Source: Paraspadella gotoi
Taxonomy: Eukaryota > Animalia > Chaetognatha
NCBI GenBank assembly: GCA_051294375.1
Contig: CM119270.1
Location: forward strand, 12,827,117 to 12,891,116
Direction: 5' to 3'
DNA length: 64,000 nt
Shown: in pieces, positions 1 through 59,620 of the stretch
How positions within the stretch are numbered: position 1 is the stretch's first letter
Layout of the letters: every line of letters begins with the position of its first letter
The notes under the pieces: model-generated
Databases searched by the model: none
Told to the model about the DNA's origin: nothing
The model's input: the letters and a program-made list of their open reading frames with translations, nothing else
Position numbers and translations under genes: made by a program

Positions 1-1679
1 CTTAATCCCAGTACTCCTAGCGAGCCCTCCCAGTTATTCCAACGTGCTTGGAATCGAGAGACAATTATTGGAATAACGGATTCGATTTTTCCCTGCAAAG
101 GCGCAGCGCAGCCCAGTATCGACAATGCTTCCAACTTACGATTGGATCCGAAATAATCGTCAAGCGTCAGAGCGTTCTTGTCAATCACCATGGAAACATT
201 GTGACAGTAGAATTGTCTCTCTTCTTGAGCTTTACCTAAAAATTGTCGAGAACAGCAGCCAAAACTGATGTCCACGATGTAACTTTTTTTGAAAGATTGT
301 TCTGGAATCCACCTCAGCGGATTTTGCACCATGGAAAAATGCAGAAGGTGCGTGAGACTATCCATGAGGGCGACATCGATTTGTGAGAAATAGTTATTAT
401 CTAAGTTCAAGTAGGTTATCGAGTTGAGGGCAGGAAGGGATAAAGTTTTGAGAAAGTTGCCTTCTAAGTTCAAATTCTGCAGCAACGGCAAATTGCTAAA
501 GAGAACCTTGTTCAAATTGGTGAGCAGGTTTAAACTTAAATTGACCATTTTAAGTTGTTTAAGGTCAGAGAAGGCATATGGATGGATTTTTTCTATCTTA
601 TTTTCACTCAGATCCAAGGAATTCAAATAATTTAGACTTTTAAAAGTTGTTCTCTTAATCTGTCTGATGGCATTTTGATTTAATTGTAACCACCCTAATA
701 CTCGTGTATCACTAAACGACCCATCTGAAATTTGGGCTATACCTAAGTTTTTCAGAGTAAGATGACGAAGCCTCCACAAATTGTCGAGCAGTTTTATATT
801 GACAGTGACTAATGATTCTCCGGTATCGGTCCAGACTCCCGTTATATTTATCACTTCAACAAAGTTCATATTGTTGAAGAAATTTTCTCGCAAAGTTTGT
901 ATTCCATGTATTTTTAAAGATTTAATAGTGTTATGTCTGCCGGGCAAAGAGTAAATATTTGTTTTTCCGTGAAAAACAAACTCAACGTATGTGAGGCTGA
1001 AAAAATATGGCAAGGACGGAAATTGGTCAACTTGGACGCCGAACTCAAGCGTCAACTCATTCACCCTCGGAGCCCAAAGAAGAAACTTCGTCGTCCTCAA
1101 CTCATTCCCAATCAGATTGATTTTCAACAACCGAGGCGTGCCTTGAAAAGCCTTGGGCGAAATAGTTCGAATCTGATTCCACCGCGCGTCGAAAAAGTAA
1201 AGCGTTGTCAGATTCGTGAATTGCGTCGTGATTTCCGTGAGGTTGTTGAAATTAATTCTGATCACGCTCAAAGCGGAATGTTTAAAGGCGTCGACGCCGA
1301 TATAGTTGATCGAATTGAGAAGAAAAGAAACCGTTGTGAGTTTAGGAAAATCGAGGAGAAAATCGTTTTCCAGCCTCTCGATCCCGAGATTGTAGAAACT
1401 TATTTCTGAATTAAAGTTGTCCGAGTTTTGATAAAAATCCTTGAGAAAAACTGTTTTATTTTCCCATACGACCCTCGCGTTTGACACGATTGCTCTCGTC
1501 AGGGTCGTGCATCCTTCTTGGGGCGACTGAACCTCCGTGTCTTGCCAGTGAGGATGGAAGACGGTAAAGTTTTTAACATTGAAAACGTCTCCATCGAACC
1601 ACGCGTCAAGTTTGCAGCGGGCTTGGACCCTTTCAAAGTTTAGACTCAGAATGACCGCTATGGAGAGAACGCCGATCAT
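1..1679 (-). CDS. Secreted or cell-surface leucine-rich-repeat protein, 3'-partial (about 559 codons in window)
   Basis: Hand translation from ATG at 1679: signal-peptide-like MIGVLSIAVILSLNFERVQA, then LRRs such as LTTVSFLLNSINYIGVDAF, LYFFDARWNQIRTISPKAFQGTPRLLKINLIGNEL and ITYLNLDNNYFSQIDVALMDSLTHLLHFSMVQNPL. No stop in the segments checked; the frame runs off position 1. Two short putative 5'UTR introns on the minus strand: 1758-1680 (GTAAGT..GTCCAG|ATG) and 2030-1961 (GTAAGT..TTGCAG). Confidence 0.88.
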   Translation of the reverse strand, partial: MIGVLSIAVILSLNFERVQARCKLDAWFDGDVFNVKNFTVFHPHWQDTEVQSPQEGCTTLTRAIVSNARVVWENKTVFLKDFYQNSDNFNSEISFYNLGIERLENDFLLDFPKLTTVSFLLNSINYIGVDAFKHSALSVIRINFNNLTEITTQFTNLTTLYFFDARWNQIRTISPKAFQGTPRLLKINLIGNELRTTKFLLWAPRVNELTLEFGVQVDQFPSLPYFFSLTYVEFVFHGKTNIYSLPGRHNTIKSLKIHGIQTLRENFFNNMNFVEVINITGVWTDTGESLVTVNIKLLDNLWRLRHLTLKNLGIAQISDGSFSDTRVLGWLQLNQNAIRQIKRTTFKSLNYLNSLDLSENKIEKIHPYAFSDLKQLKMVNLSLNLLTNLNKVLFSNLPLLQNLNLEGNFLKTLSLPALNSITYLNLDNNYFSQIDVALMDSLTHLLHFSMVQNPLRWIPEQSFKKSYIVDISFGCCSRQFLGKAQEERQFYCHNVSMVIDKNALTLDDYFGSNRKLEALSILGCAAPLQGKIESVIPIIVSRFQARWNNWEGSLGVLGL

Positions 1680-2139
1680 CTGGACAGATCGAGGCGCGGA
1701 ATTATTTGAAAAGGAAAAATATTTTTCTTGCATTCTTCAACATTGATCAATCACTTACAAAAAGTGTGTGGATTGAAGATATGAATCTAAAAATCCATTA
1801 TGAAATGGAAATTCCGGCTTCGTAGTTGGATATCCCGAGAAAGCGCGAGAAAATCGAGTTGTAGTAATTGAAGATTATTTTTCGTCTATATCTTAATTTT
1901 ATCTTATTTTGATCTAAGTTAACCTGTCCAGCAACTTAATTTCACTTTTCGCTTGAGTTCCTGCAAAATTTAAGACTAGATCTATCATTAAAAAACATAT
2001 TTAAAGAAATAATTGTATCATTTTACTTACTTGCAGGTTGATGTATATTGTATTGTATAATGTTTAATGCTTAGTGCAATCTGTAAAAGTTAGGTACATT
2101 AAGTTAAAAGTTTTGGCACTATTTTTCGAGGGCGCTCCA

Positions 2140-2400
2140 ATTGAAAACCTAATCCTTAAATTTAATTTTAACCCTAATATCTAGTACTAATTTCCTTCCA
2201 AAAAATTAATCCAATCCCTAACCCTAATCCCCAACTTGAATCACTAATCCCTAACCATTATCCCTAACCCTATTTTCTAACCTCACATCCTTAACCAAAA
2301 CAATAACCAAATCCCAAAGCTAATCCGTAACTCTAATCCCGTAACTCTTAATCTAATATTTATTTCTGAATTTAAGTTGAAAACGGGCACTTTCGGAAAA
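2140..2400. repeat. Degenerate telomere-like (CCCTAA/CCTAAT) array, with a flank shared with the 9155-9655 element
   Basis: Repeated taaccctaatcc-type units; the flank ttgaaaacgggcac is similar to the reverse complement of gcgcccgtttcag at about 9167. Confidence 0.6.
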
Positions 2401-3309
2401 AATGTTGGCACTGGATTGACAAAGATTTATGTTCAAGTTCGATCCAATCTACGGAAATGAAAACGACACGGACGAATGCATCCCCGTGAGAAAATTTAAC
2501 GAAATATGCCTTCTCGCATATTCGGTATTTGAAAAAAAAAATTAAAGAAAACGAATTATTGAGCATCCTATTTCAATATCCTTATGAAAGAACATTTTTT
2601 GTGTCCTTTAAAAGGATATGGAAAAGGTTAAGTTAAGATACTGTTTGAATCCTAATTTGTTTATGAAATTATTTCTTTCATTCCATTATCCATAACATAT
2701 ATATTATATGGCAAGTGGTATCGAATATTTTAACTTCATACTGCCAGAGTGCCGTACATCCGGCGTTTTTTTTTGTTTGTTTTTTTTTTGGTTTTGTTTT
2801 TTCCTTTGCGTCGAAAATAAGCTTTTCGCCTCGGATTCCTCTCTCCATCTTTCTCCTATTTCATCTCTTCTCTTTCTCCAGATTTAGCTCTTTATTTTTT
2901 TCTACTCTTTCTTTTTTGTTAATCTGCTCAGAAAACAAAAATCGGGCGAGAGGGCGGGACCAGTCTTTCCTACGAAACAACAACTTATAAAGACGGAAAG
3001 TCTATGGTTTTTGTTTTCTGTTTTTCTTTGTTTCTCTGTTTTCTTTTTTTTTTCCCCCTTCGCTTTTCCGAGACTTAAGACGAGGCTCTTGCGTTCTCCT
3101 TTCAACTTTGTTTTCCCTCCGTCCGCACCCTTTCTGTCTTCTCCCCTTTCTGTCCTCTCCCCCTTCTGTCCTTTTCCTTTCGTTGCTGTCCCTTTAGGTC
3201 CTTTCAGTCCCTCGATCCTCTTCCTTTCTCTCCTATCCAGCTCAGTCCTCTCTTTGTCTGTCCTCTCCGCTATCCTTTTAATTTCTGACTTTTCTGACTT
3301 TTCTCCTCA

Positions 3310-3720
3310 CCTATTCTGCCTTCTCCCTTTCTCTCCTTTCCTTTTCTATCCTTTCCCTTTCTCTCTGTTCTTCATTTGTCCTCCTCTCGTTTGTCCTTTC
3401 CCTCTCTGTCATTTCCCCCTTTGTCCTCCCATCGTCTGTCCTCTCCCTTTCTCTCTGTTCCCCCTTTGTCCTCCCCTCATTCGTCCTTTCCCTATCTGTC
3501 ATTTCCCCCTTTGTCCTCTGCTCTTTTGTCCTTTCCCTTTCTCTCCGTTCTTCCTTTGTCCTCCTCTCGTTTGTCCTTTCCCTCTCTGTCCTTTCCCTAT
3601 CTGTCATTTCCCCCTTTGTCCTTCCCTCTTGTCCTTTTCCTTTCTCTCCTTTCACCCTTTGTCCTCCCCTCGTTTGTCCTTTCCCTTTTCTCTTCCTTTC
3701 CCCCCGTTTGTCCTCTCCCA
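3310..3720. repeat. CT-rich minisatellite, about 90-bp period
   Basis: The motif gtcctttccct(c/a)tctgtcatttccccctttgtcct recurs at about 3393, 3483 and 3588. Confidence 0.75.
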
Positions 3721-4022
3721 TTGGTATTCTTCGTCTTCTTTCAAGTTATTTTTCCTCCTCGTCAACCCTTTTCATCTTCATTTCAATGAACCTTTTTTTA
3801 TTTTTATTTTCTTTCCTCTTTCTCTTCTTCCTCCCTCCGTTCCTCCCCCCAATCCTCCCCCCCTTCCTCCTTCACGTTCTCTCCTCTTACATCTCCTTTC
3901 GCTCAGTTTACTTGACTCTTCCATATTTGGTTCGCCGTTTGGCCGTCCCGCCTTGCTCGCGTCCTGGGTGCATTACAAAATAAAATTAGCCAATCGGGGA
4001 AATAGGGAAAAGAGAGAAAGAG

Positions 4023-4580
<558 letters not shown>

Positions 4581-5234
4581 AAGACACTTAGATATAGAAT
4601 AATGTAAAATGATGATGATATATATGATAAACTGATAAAGTCTAAAAATATTAAGAGGGCCTTTAACAAAACAGGTTTGTGTTGAAACTCAATTAATATT
4701 TTTTTATCGAATGATAAATTATCCATTTTTAACGACTTGTTTAATTTCGCCATTAAAATCCCGAGCATTATTTTTTTTTTCCCGCTCAACTTTTCACGAC
4801 GTCGTTTACTTTCCCCCTGAAAATAATTTTTTAAAGATTTAATAACTTTGGCCAAAGATTGAATTCATTATTAAAATAATAGTTGCTCCATTATCTCGAA
4901 AATTTCGCCAACGTCTCGCGTTCATAATTTCTGATTTGAAACCTAGTTAAACTCTTTTCATTTCATACTTTTTTTGTTTCTTAACAACAGATATCTTTTT
5001 TCGGGCCTTCATCGATAAAACCTCTTTTCTCTCCCGCAAAAAAAAAAAATCCTCTGCGCTAAAATTCCCTGATTCCACTTGATAATTCCATTCCCGCTCC
5101 CACTCCCACGTCTCCCCCACCCCGTCACGCCGTCAACCCGTCACCCCGTCACCCCGTCACCCCCAATCTCCTCAACTCCACGACCCTCCTCGACTAATCC
5201 CCCCCCTTTCACCCCCCACCTCCTCCCCCCAAAG

Positions 5235-5360
5235 GCGAGCCCGCCCAACCCGTCATCTCCCCCGATCCTCGATCTCAATTTCAAGATCGATACGAGTTGC
5301 GATGGCAGCAACAGGATCGAGGCGGGGCCTCTCGTCGGCTATACTCTCAAGTGGAAGGAG
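5235..5360 (+). CDS. Internal exon, N-terminal part of a fibronectin type III domain
   Basis: aaag| ... |gtcagt; encodes ASPPNPSSPPILDLNFKIDTSCDGSNRIEAGPLVGYTLKWKE (GYxLxW FN3 strand). Confidence 0.6.
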
Positions 5361-5485
5361 GTCAGTAATGTCTGTAGTAGGCCATTGCGATATGATCCAA
5401 CCCGACTATATGAGCATTCTGTCTGTCTGTCACTCGCTTTCTCTCTCCCTTATCTCTTGCCTTCTTTCTATCTCTCTTCTCTCTA

Positions 5486-5516
<31 letters not shown>

Positions 5517-7129
5517 CGTCTCTCTCTCTCTCTGCTCTGTTCTCTCTCTCTCCTCCCTCCCTCCCCTCTCTCCATTCTCTATCCCTATCCCTCTCCGCCT
5601 ACACTCTCGAGTTAAACACGACTGAAAAAAAAAAACCCTCTCCATTCAGCGTTTAAACGCTTTTCGATGAACGCCCAGGGAGATTTAAATCTCATTTGCA
5701 TATCGTCGTATTGGGAAATTTCCCTTGTCGCCGTCGGCGAATATTTTTCCAACAGCTGATGGGAAAGTCGATTCAATAATATTTATAATAAATTCAGTTT
5801 AAATCGTTTATGAAGAATTCATCAACGGTCCTTATTAAAAGTATTTCCCTTTGGCATTGTTTGGTCAGTAAGGCCCTTGATTTGTATCATTCTCATTAAG
5901 TAAAATTTGAGCTATATGTACGCAAATCATATATTTCAATACTGTTTTTGGTATTAATATAAAAAATATAGATATATATATTTCTGAGCACGTCGAACTT
6001 CTCCATTGAATTATTAAATCTAAAAAAAAAAGATTTTTTTTTAAACTTGACTACTTCCGCGACAATCAAAACATGTAATACGTCTTTATCTGGAGCAGCT
6101 CGATTTTGTGACCCATAACCTCCCATTTCCTACGGTTCTCATTGACCCTCGCGACATCCAAGTCTCAACTACACCCCCCCGCCCCCTTCGCGTCCACCCC
6201 CCCTCCTTTTCAACGAAACCGCTGATGAGCCTTCGATTAATTCGTCTCCAAATGAGATGCAAATGAGTCGAGTTCGACCCGAAGACCGAAAAAGTTCGAA
6301 AAGCGCGGGAAAANNNNNNNNNNNNNNNNNNNNNNNNNNNNNNNNNNNNNNNNNNNNNNNNNNNNNNNNNNNNNNNNNNNNNNNNNNNNNNNNNNNNNNN
6401 NNNNNNNNNNNNNNNNNNNNNNNNNNNNNNNNNNNNNNNNNNNNNNNNNNNNNNNNNNNNNNNNNNNNNNNNNNNNNNNNNNNNNNNNNNNNNNNNNNNN
6501 NNNNNNNNNNNNNNNNNNNNNNNNNNNNNNNNNNNNNNNNNNNNNNNNNNNNNNNNNNNNNNNNNNNNNNNNNNNNNNNNNNNNNNNNNNNNNNNNNNNN
6601 NNNNNNNNNNNNNNNNNNNNNNNNNNNNNNNNNNNNNNNNNNNNNNNNNNNNNNNNNNNNNNNNNNNNNNNNNNNNNNNNNNNNNNNNNNNNNNNNNNNN
6701 NNNNNNNNNNNNNNNNNNNNNNNNNNNNNNNNNNNNNNNNNNNNNNNNNNNNNNNNNNNNNNNNNNNNNNNNNNNNNNNNNNNNNNNNNNNNNNNNNNNN
6801 NNNNNNNNNNNNNNNNNNNNNNNNNNNNNNNNNNNNNNNNNNNNNNNNNNNNNNNNNNNNNNNNNNNNNNNNNNNNNNNNNNNNNNNNNNNNNNNNNNNN
6901 NNNNNNNNNNNNNNNNNNNNNNNNNNNNNNNNNNNNNNNNNNNNNNNNNNNNNNNNNNNNNNNNNNNNNNNNNNNNNNNNNNNNNNNNNNNNNNNNNNNN
7001 NNNNNNNNNNNNNNNNNNNNNNNNNNNNNNNNNNNNNNNNNNNNNNNNNNNNNNNNNNNNNNNNNNNNNNNNNNNNNNNNNNNNNNNNNNNNNNNNNNNN
7101 NNNNNNNNNNNNNNNNNNNNNNNNNNNNN

Positions 7130-7286
7130 CCGTTCGGCGACTACATCGTCCGCGACCTGACGCCCGACACGACCTCTTTCGTCATCGCCGGCCTTCGACC
7201 CGGTCTTCAGTATCAACTCGAATTGTCGGCCAAAAATTCTGTCGGGGAGAAGACGGTCGCCTTTCTCTTTCAAACGCAGCCCACGG
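7130..7286 (+). CDS. Exon encoding the C-terminal half of an FN3 domain (5' end lost in N gap)
   Basis: PFGDYIVRDLTPDTTSFVIAGLRPGLQYQLELSAKNSVGE carries the FN3 signature LxPxxxY...AxNxxG; donor g|gtaagg. Confidence 0.85.
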
Positions 7287-7729
7287 GTAAGGTCGGGGTG
7301 AGGTGTTTTTTTGGGGGGGCTGGGGTAAGTGGCGGGGAAGAGCGTTGTGGTCGGACGAGTTAGAAAGAGTGACGTTATCTCTGTCATCGGAAATAAGTGG
7401 ACCCGATATTGAAATCGGATGCCAGAGTTTCGAAGTGGAATCGGAAGGCTCGTGGCATTGAGAGCGACGGATATTTTGACAAAATGCGTTAGTGGAATCG
7501 AATGGAATTTCGTTAAAATTCTTTAAAGGGCATCACTGTGCCACTCTATCACAGTTCGCTGAATTTCGATTTTAAAGCGTTTTTTTTTTTATTATTAAAT
7601 TTTTTCAGGATTTTTTTTCTCTGCTCGTCTCACCGGGTTAAATAGGTGGGGTGAACCTGGACAATGCCCGTTACAGTCTGGCCGAGAGGACCACAATGAT
7701 ATATGCCTCATGATTCGTTGTTGTTTATC

Positions 7730-7781
<52 letters not shown>

Positions 7782-7888
7782 GGATGATTGTGATATTGAT
7801 GATGACGATGATTATGATGATGATGTCAAAAAGATGATGCAAATCGATGCCGAGGTTTGTTGTATTCACTATTCAGTGCAACTACTAG

Positions 7889-7965
7889 GAACTGTCGGCG
7901 ATGAAAAGATCAGTGACGGAGATGACGTCGACTTTGACGACCAACCGGAAACGCGGCGTCCATAA
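7889..7965 (+). CDS. Probable terminal exon of the FN3 gene
   Basis: Phase-1 acceptor ctag| is compatible with the previous exon; (G)TVGDEKISDGDDVDFDDQPETRRP* and AATAAA at 8136-8141. Confidence 0.5.
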
Positions 7966-9154
7966 ACGAAGCATTTGTTGACACTTTTCCGTCCCGTCCG
8001 CGTGCACCCGGCAAGCTGTGTGCGTCTTTAGTGCATCCGACGTGCGACTTGCGTGTGACTTACGCCTCGCATCGATCACGTACGTGGACCACAAACACGC
8101 GCGACCTCGGTCTCCAGCAAACACCGTCTCACGCCAATAAAGTATCACGTCTCTCTCTCTCTCTCTCTCTCTCTCTCTNNNNNNNNNNNNNNNNNNNNNN
8201 NNNNNNNNNNNNNNNNNNNNNNNNNNNNNNNNNNNNNNNNNNNNNNNNNNNNNNNNNNNNNNNNNNNNNNNNNNNNNNNNNNNNNNNNNNNNNNNNNNNN
8301 NNNNNNNNNNNNNNNNNNNNNNNNNNNNNNNNNNNNNNNNNNNNNNNNNNNNNNNNNNNNNNNNNNNNNNNNNNNNNNNNNNNNNNNNNNNNNNNNNNNN
8401 NNNNNNNNNNNNNNNNNNNNNNNNNTCTTTAACATATTATCTTGCAAAATCAAGCATTCGCATTCCGTTGCCAACATTCTCTTTCCCATTCAACTTTCAA
8501 CTATATGAATATTCTATATAAGTATTACTGGATTGTTGAAAAAACATTTGCATCTGCTTGGATAACATTGGATATTTTTCAATTTTTTATGATAGATCTT
8601 AGAATGTTTTACTTTCATCCATCATTTATTTTCTTCACTTTGCTATCTTCTTATTTTTTTCATGTTAATTCTTTTACAATTTTTTTCTCAAACTTCCATC
8701 TCTATTCTCTCTATCTCTCTTCTTCACTCAACTCTCTCTCTCTCTCCCCCTCATCTCTAAATCACGTTCTCTATCCTTGTTTGCTCACCGACACGTTCTT
8801 TCCGATCGGCTCCCTTTCTCTCCAGATCGGACAATCTCTCTTCTCTCATTTAAATAAACTNNNNNNNNNNATCTCTCTTCTTCACTCAACTCTCTCTCTC
8901 TCTCCCTCTCATCTCTAAATCACGTTCTCTGTCCTTGTTTGCTCACCGACACGTTCTCCCCGATCTGCTCCCTTTCTCTCCCGATCGGACAATCTCTCTT
9001 CTCTCATTTAAATAAACTTTTAATCATCCGCTTTTATTTTTTTATTTTCCGACTGTTCGTTCGTTGATTGTTTTGGTTATTTTTGTTTTTGTCTTCGACC
9101 CTCCTCAGTCCTCAGTCCTCATTCGGTTTTAACCTTCCTTCTTTTTTTGGCTAT

Positions 9155-9655
9155 TATTTTCTAAATGCGCCCCGTTTCAGTTTAAATTTACAAATTAAGT
9201 TTATTTTTAAGTTTAAAAATAAGGTTAAAGGTTAGAGATAAGGAGTTATGGATTAGATTAATAATTAGGTTTATGGATTTAGTTATGGATTTCGTTAAGG
9301 GTTTGGAAATTATCAATTATGGATTGTTATTATGAATTAAGGTTAAAGATTAGATTAAGGATTAAGTATTAAGGTTAAGGATTAAGGTTAAGGATTAAGG
9401 TTAAGGATTAAGGTTAAGGATTAAGGTTAAGGACTAAGGTTAAGGATTAAGGTTAAGGATTAAGGTTAAGGATTAAGGTTAAGGATTAAGGTTAAGGATT
9501 AAGGTTAAGGATTAAAATTAAGGATTAAGGTTAAGGATTAAGATTAAGGATTAAGATTAAATTTAAGGATTAAGGTTAAGGATTAAGATTAAGGTTTTGG
9601 ATTAAGGTTAAGGATTAAGATTAAGGATTAAGGTTAAGGATTAAGGTTAAGGAAT
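9155..9655. repeat. 13-bp tandem repeat (TTAAGGTTAAGGA)n with degenerate 5' part, telomere-like
   Basis: Near-perfect array at about 9370-9652, degenerate from about 9220. Confidence 0.9.
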
Positions 9656-12426
9656 GAATCAAATATTTTGAAAAAGATTAGAGGATTAAGAACAGACATG
9701 GAGCTCTTTCAAAATATAGTGCACTTTTTTCTTACTTCCAGGTTGTCGTTGTCACGGTTGTCCTTCTCTGTTTTGTTCTCCTTATCTTTTTCTCTTTTGT
9801 TTATCTTCTTTTCTCTCTCACCTTTTTCTCTTTCTTTTCTTTCTTTTCTTATCTCGCGAAAGTTTTGGGTTTTTTTCCTTTTCTTTTTTTTTTCTTCTCG
9901 TCCATGGGTGACCGTCATTTTCGGCTTTCACCTAAAATTTTCAGTTCCTCTTTTTTTTTGTTCAATACTTTTTCCTCTCGTGATTTTCCCTGGAGTCACG
10001 GTGAACTCATTTGCGAGAGAATTTTTCAAGCGGACGCAAGTGTGAAAGTGCAGCGAAAGTGAGGCGGGCCTTTGAAATCCTTTCGCTAAATTCTCACCAG
10101 ACCACAATCGCGAAAAGTCGAGCTTTTGCTTAATGACGGCGTGTGAGTTAAAGTTTGCTTTTAATAAGAGAAGAGAGAGCCGAAGGAGAGAGAGAAGAGA
10201 GAGAGAGCGAGAGCGAGCGAGCAGAGAGAGAGAGAGAGACGAGCAGAGAGCGGGATTTTTTGATTTTAACACATATTAACAGAGTCGAGTAGTGACTGCA
10301 GGAGATAGCACAGAAAAAGACTCTCGCCCGATAAACACAGTTAAAACTTAAGGTCAGTGTATATTAATATATAATCTCATTCTCTTTTCCCCTCTCAAAT
10401 TCTTCGTCGGTCCCTCTCTTTGACGTTTGTCTTGTTGTGTGTCGTTGTCGTGTTTGTTGTTTGCCGTGTTATTTGCTGCCGATTTTTCTTCCCCTAAAAA
10501 TTGCCGCCAATTCTTTTTTATCGGCCCAAAGAAGGAGAGAGACATTTGAGAAAAGACATCTGAAGCTTTTTTCGGGTTCGGGAACTAACTGCATCTCTGA
10601 ACCAGACTAATGTGCTCGTCTCTTACGTGAGTCATCCGTCGCTTGAATTCGTTAGGAAAAAAGATGGAACTGGGAGGAAGCCGAGGAAGTAGAGTGGCAG
10701 CAGGCCATGTTGTTCAGTTATGCAGTAGAAGGACGATGTAGAAGAGAGAGACAGACACGTGCTCCCGAAGAACACACAACGAGATACGAGAGGAGGATTG
10801 ACGATGAGAGATAGAGAACGAGGCAGAAGCAAAACACATATTAAATGTCATTCGCTGGAATTCAAACATTTTTTAAAATTAAAGTCGAATGTTACAAATT
10901 CTAAGTCGGCACAATTTTATAATTAAGCAATTAACAATTTAAAAAAGAATACTATTCATATCACCACATTAGCTTGTAGCTGATAATGTTATGGAGCATT
11001 GCATACAGGCAAAATTGGATAATGCAGTCCTCTCTGGGCTGTTNNNNNNNNNNNNNNNNNNNNNNNNNNNNNNNNNNNNNNNNNNNNNNNNNNNNNNNNN
11101 NNNNNNNNNNNNNNNNNNNNNNNNNNNNNNNNNNNNNNNNNNNNNNNNNNNNNNNNNNNNNNNNNNNNNNNNNNNNNNNNNNNNNNNNNNNNNNNNNNNN
11201 NNNNNNNNNNNNNNNNNNNNNNNNNNNNNNNNNNNNNNNNNNNNNNNNNNNNNNNNNNNNNNNNNNNNNNNNNNNNNNNNNNNNNNNNNNNNNNNNNNNN
11301 NNNNNNNNNNNNNNNNNNNNNNNNNNNNNNNNNNNNNNNNNNNNNNNNNNNNNNNNNNNNNNNNNNNNNNNNNNNNNNNNNNNNNNNNNNNNNNNNNNNN
11401 NNNNNNNNNNNNNNNNNNNNNNNNNNNNNNNNNNNNNNNNNNNNNNNNNNNNNNNNNNNNNNNNNNNNNNNNNNNNNNNNNNNNNNNNNNNNNNNNNNNN
11501 NNNNNNNNNNNNNNNNNNNNNNNNNNNNNNNNNNNNNNNNNNNNNNNNNNNNNNNNNNNNNNNNNNNNNNNNNNNNNNNNNNNNNNNNNNNNNNNNNNNN
11601 NNNNNNNNNNNNNNNNNNNNNNNNNNNNNNNNNNNNNNNNNNNNNNNNNNNNNNNNNNNNNNNNNNNNNNNNNNNNNNNNNNNNNNNNNNNNNNNNNNNN
11701 NNNNNNNNNNNNNNNNNNNNNNNNNNNNNNNNNNNNNNNNNNNNNNNNNNNNNNNNNNNNNNNNNNNNNNNNNNNNNNNNNNNNNNNCGAGAACGACGAT
11801 GATGACGACCAACCGACGACTACTATGACGTCTCGAACGACGACGACGATGATGACGACGAAGACGACGACGAAGACACCGAGAACAATGAAGTCAAAGA
11901 TGAAAACGCAATGTCTAATTTCCATGAAATACTTAATCCACATTTAACGAAAAATTACAACTTATTTTCTCATCTATGTTTCCATGAAAAAAGCCTGACG
12001 TTAAAAATCCCGATCTGGAATAGAGAAAAGAAAGTCTTTCTCCCCTTAAGCCTTCGGAAGCGAAATGTCTGAGAGGAAAAAGAAAAAAAATCGAGGGATT
12101 TCCTTATTTTTTTTTCTCGAATTTGAATCTTTAATCGGTTTCCCCTCGAAGAATCGTTTAAAAAACAATAATCATTCGTTATACTCAAGTTTATCCCCTT
12201 TAGACAGAAATGGGATTTGTAACTTTATGTAATGTGAAAAAAGGATACCGGCTGTACTTAATCTTTAAGCAAACTTACTTAGAATATGTAAATTATTTCC
12301 ATATCTGTTCTGAAAAGTTCTGGAGCTGACATGTTTTTACGGTCAAGATTGACTTAAGTCACTTCACTTTGCCACCCTCCATCCCCCAACTCACACAAAC
12401 CACCCGCACCCCGGCCATAAAAAAAG

Positions 12427-58508
<46,082 letters not shown>

Positions 58509-58954
58509 GTGAGTTATTATGGTTGGGGGAGAGTGAGTGAAGAGAATCGAGATTATACAAAGTTAGAAGACTGACCACCAGACGAACTGATAATGTAAAA
58601 TCTTACTGTACAGTTTTACTTTAAACCGGGAAAATAACATCGATGGTTAGATAGAACGATGGTTAGATGGTTTAAGTCAACGTTTAAGTCAACGGGAGAC
58701 CAAAATTAAATTTTAAATTTTCATATTGCAGCAGCCATATCATAAAAGTTGACTTAAAATTTGAAAAGGAATTATTTCACTTTACATATTTTATTTATAT
58801 AAAAATATAAAAATCCATGGTTTTATCATCTTAGCAATATTGAATTGTTGAATTATTCAATTGTCAGTCTTTAACCAGCCCTTTATTCCCTACCCTTTTA
58901 CTCTACAATAAATCTCGACTGTTAAAGGTGAAAGAGTTGAAAAACCTAATTTTG

Positions 58955-59190
58955 TGGTCTTTTCATACAATTAAAACTTTCTTTGAAATATTATACCACT
59001 TCATTGATAGAAAAGCCAGGTACTCTGGGAGTGAATAAACGAGACTGTGAGAGAGTCTCGATTGAAAGCTTGCTATCTTGTAAGAGTGATGGAGGCCTTA
59101 AACCACCAAAGCCTGTCCAAAGTCCGGGGCAAGATAGCTTATTTATTAAATGAATGAATAATTTTTATATTGGTTGTACCAATTTTATAA
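58955..59190. mobile_element. Solo or truncated copy of the 22292-22883 repeat family
   Basis: gtggtctt..catacaatt..ctttgaaatattataccacttcattgata..tactctgggagtga..ggaggccttaaaccaccaaagcc is shared with 22625-22883. Confidence 0.75.
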
Positions 59191-59544
59191 AAAAATTTAA
59201 CATTTATTTCTTTATCGAACTAGAGTACATTGAGCTCATTGTGTTTGTCTGTCTTTGTCTCCGGATTTGTATTTTGTCGCCTCAAGACTCGAGTGCGTCG
59301 TTTCGTATCCGTCGAACTTTGATTAATATTTTTTTTTCTTGACGAAAAAAAAAAATAGGAACTAAATCGAATTCGACGAAAAAGATTTTTTTTTTGTTCA
59401 AAAATTTCTTGAAAGAATTCTTTTTTCTTTCTTTCTTTGAGTCTCAATTTGACATAATCAATATTTCGAGTAAACTTTGGTAAAAATAGAAAATTGACTT
59501 CTCTCGCCAATTTTTTTTAGTGTCTTTTTTTTTTTCCTTTTCTT

Positions 59545-59547
59545 TTT

Positions 59548-59619
<72 letters not shown>

Positions 59620-59620
59620 T
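59545..59620. repeat. (CTTT)n microsatellite
   Basis: Read directly from the sequence. Confidence 0.95.

Noticed and set aside
933-1409. 158-aa plus-strand ORF
   Set aside because: Antisense shadow of the minus-strand LRR gene
8700-9018. About 150-bp direct repeat around a 10-N gap
   Set aside because: Typical unmerged contig overlap or allelic ends
9360-9655. CRISPR array or true telomere
   Set aside because: No spacers, eukaryotic context, internal position, 13-bp unit
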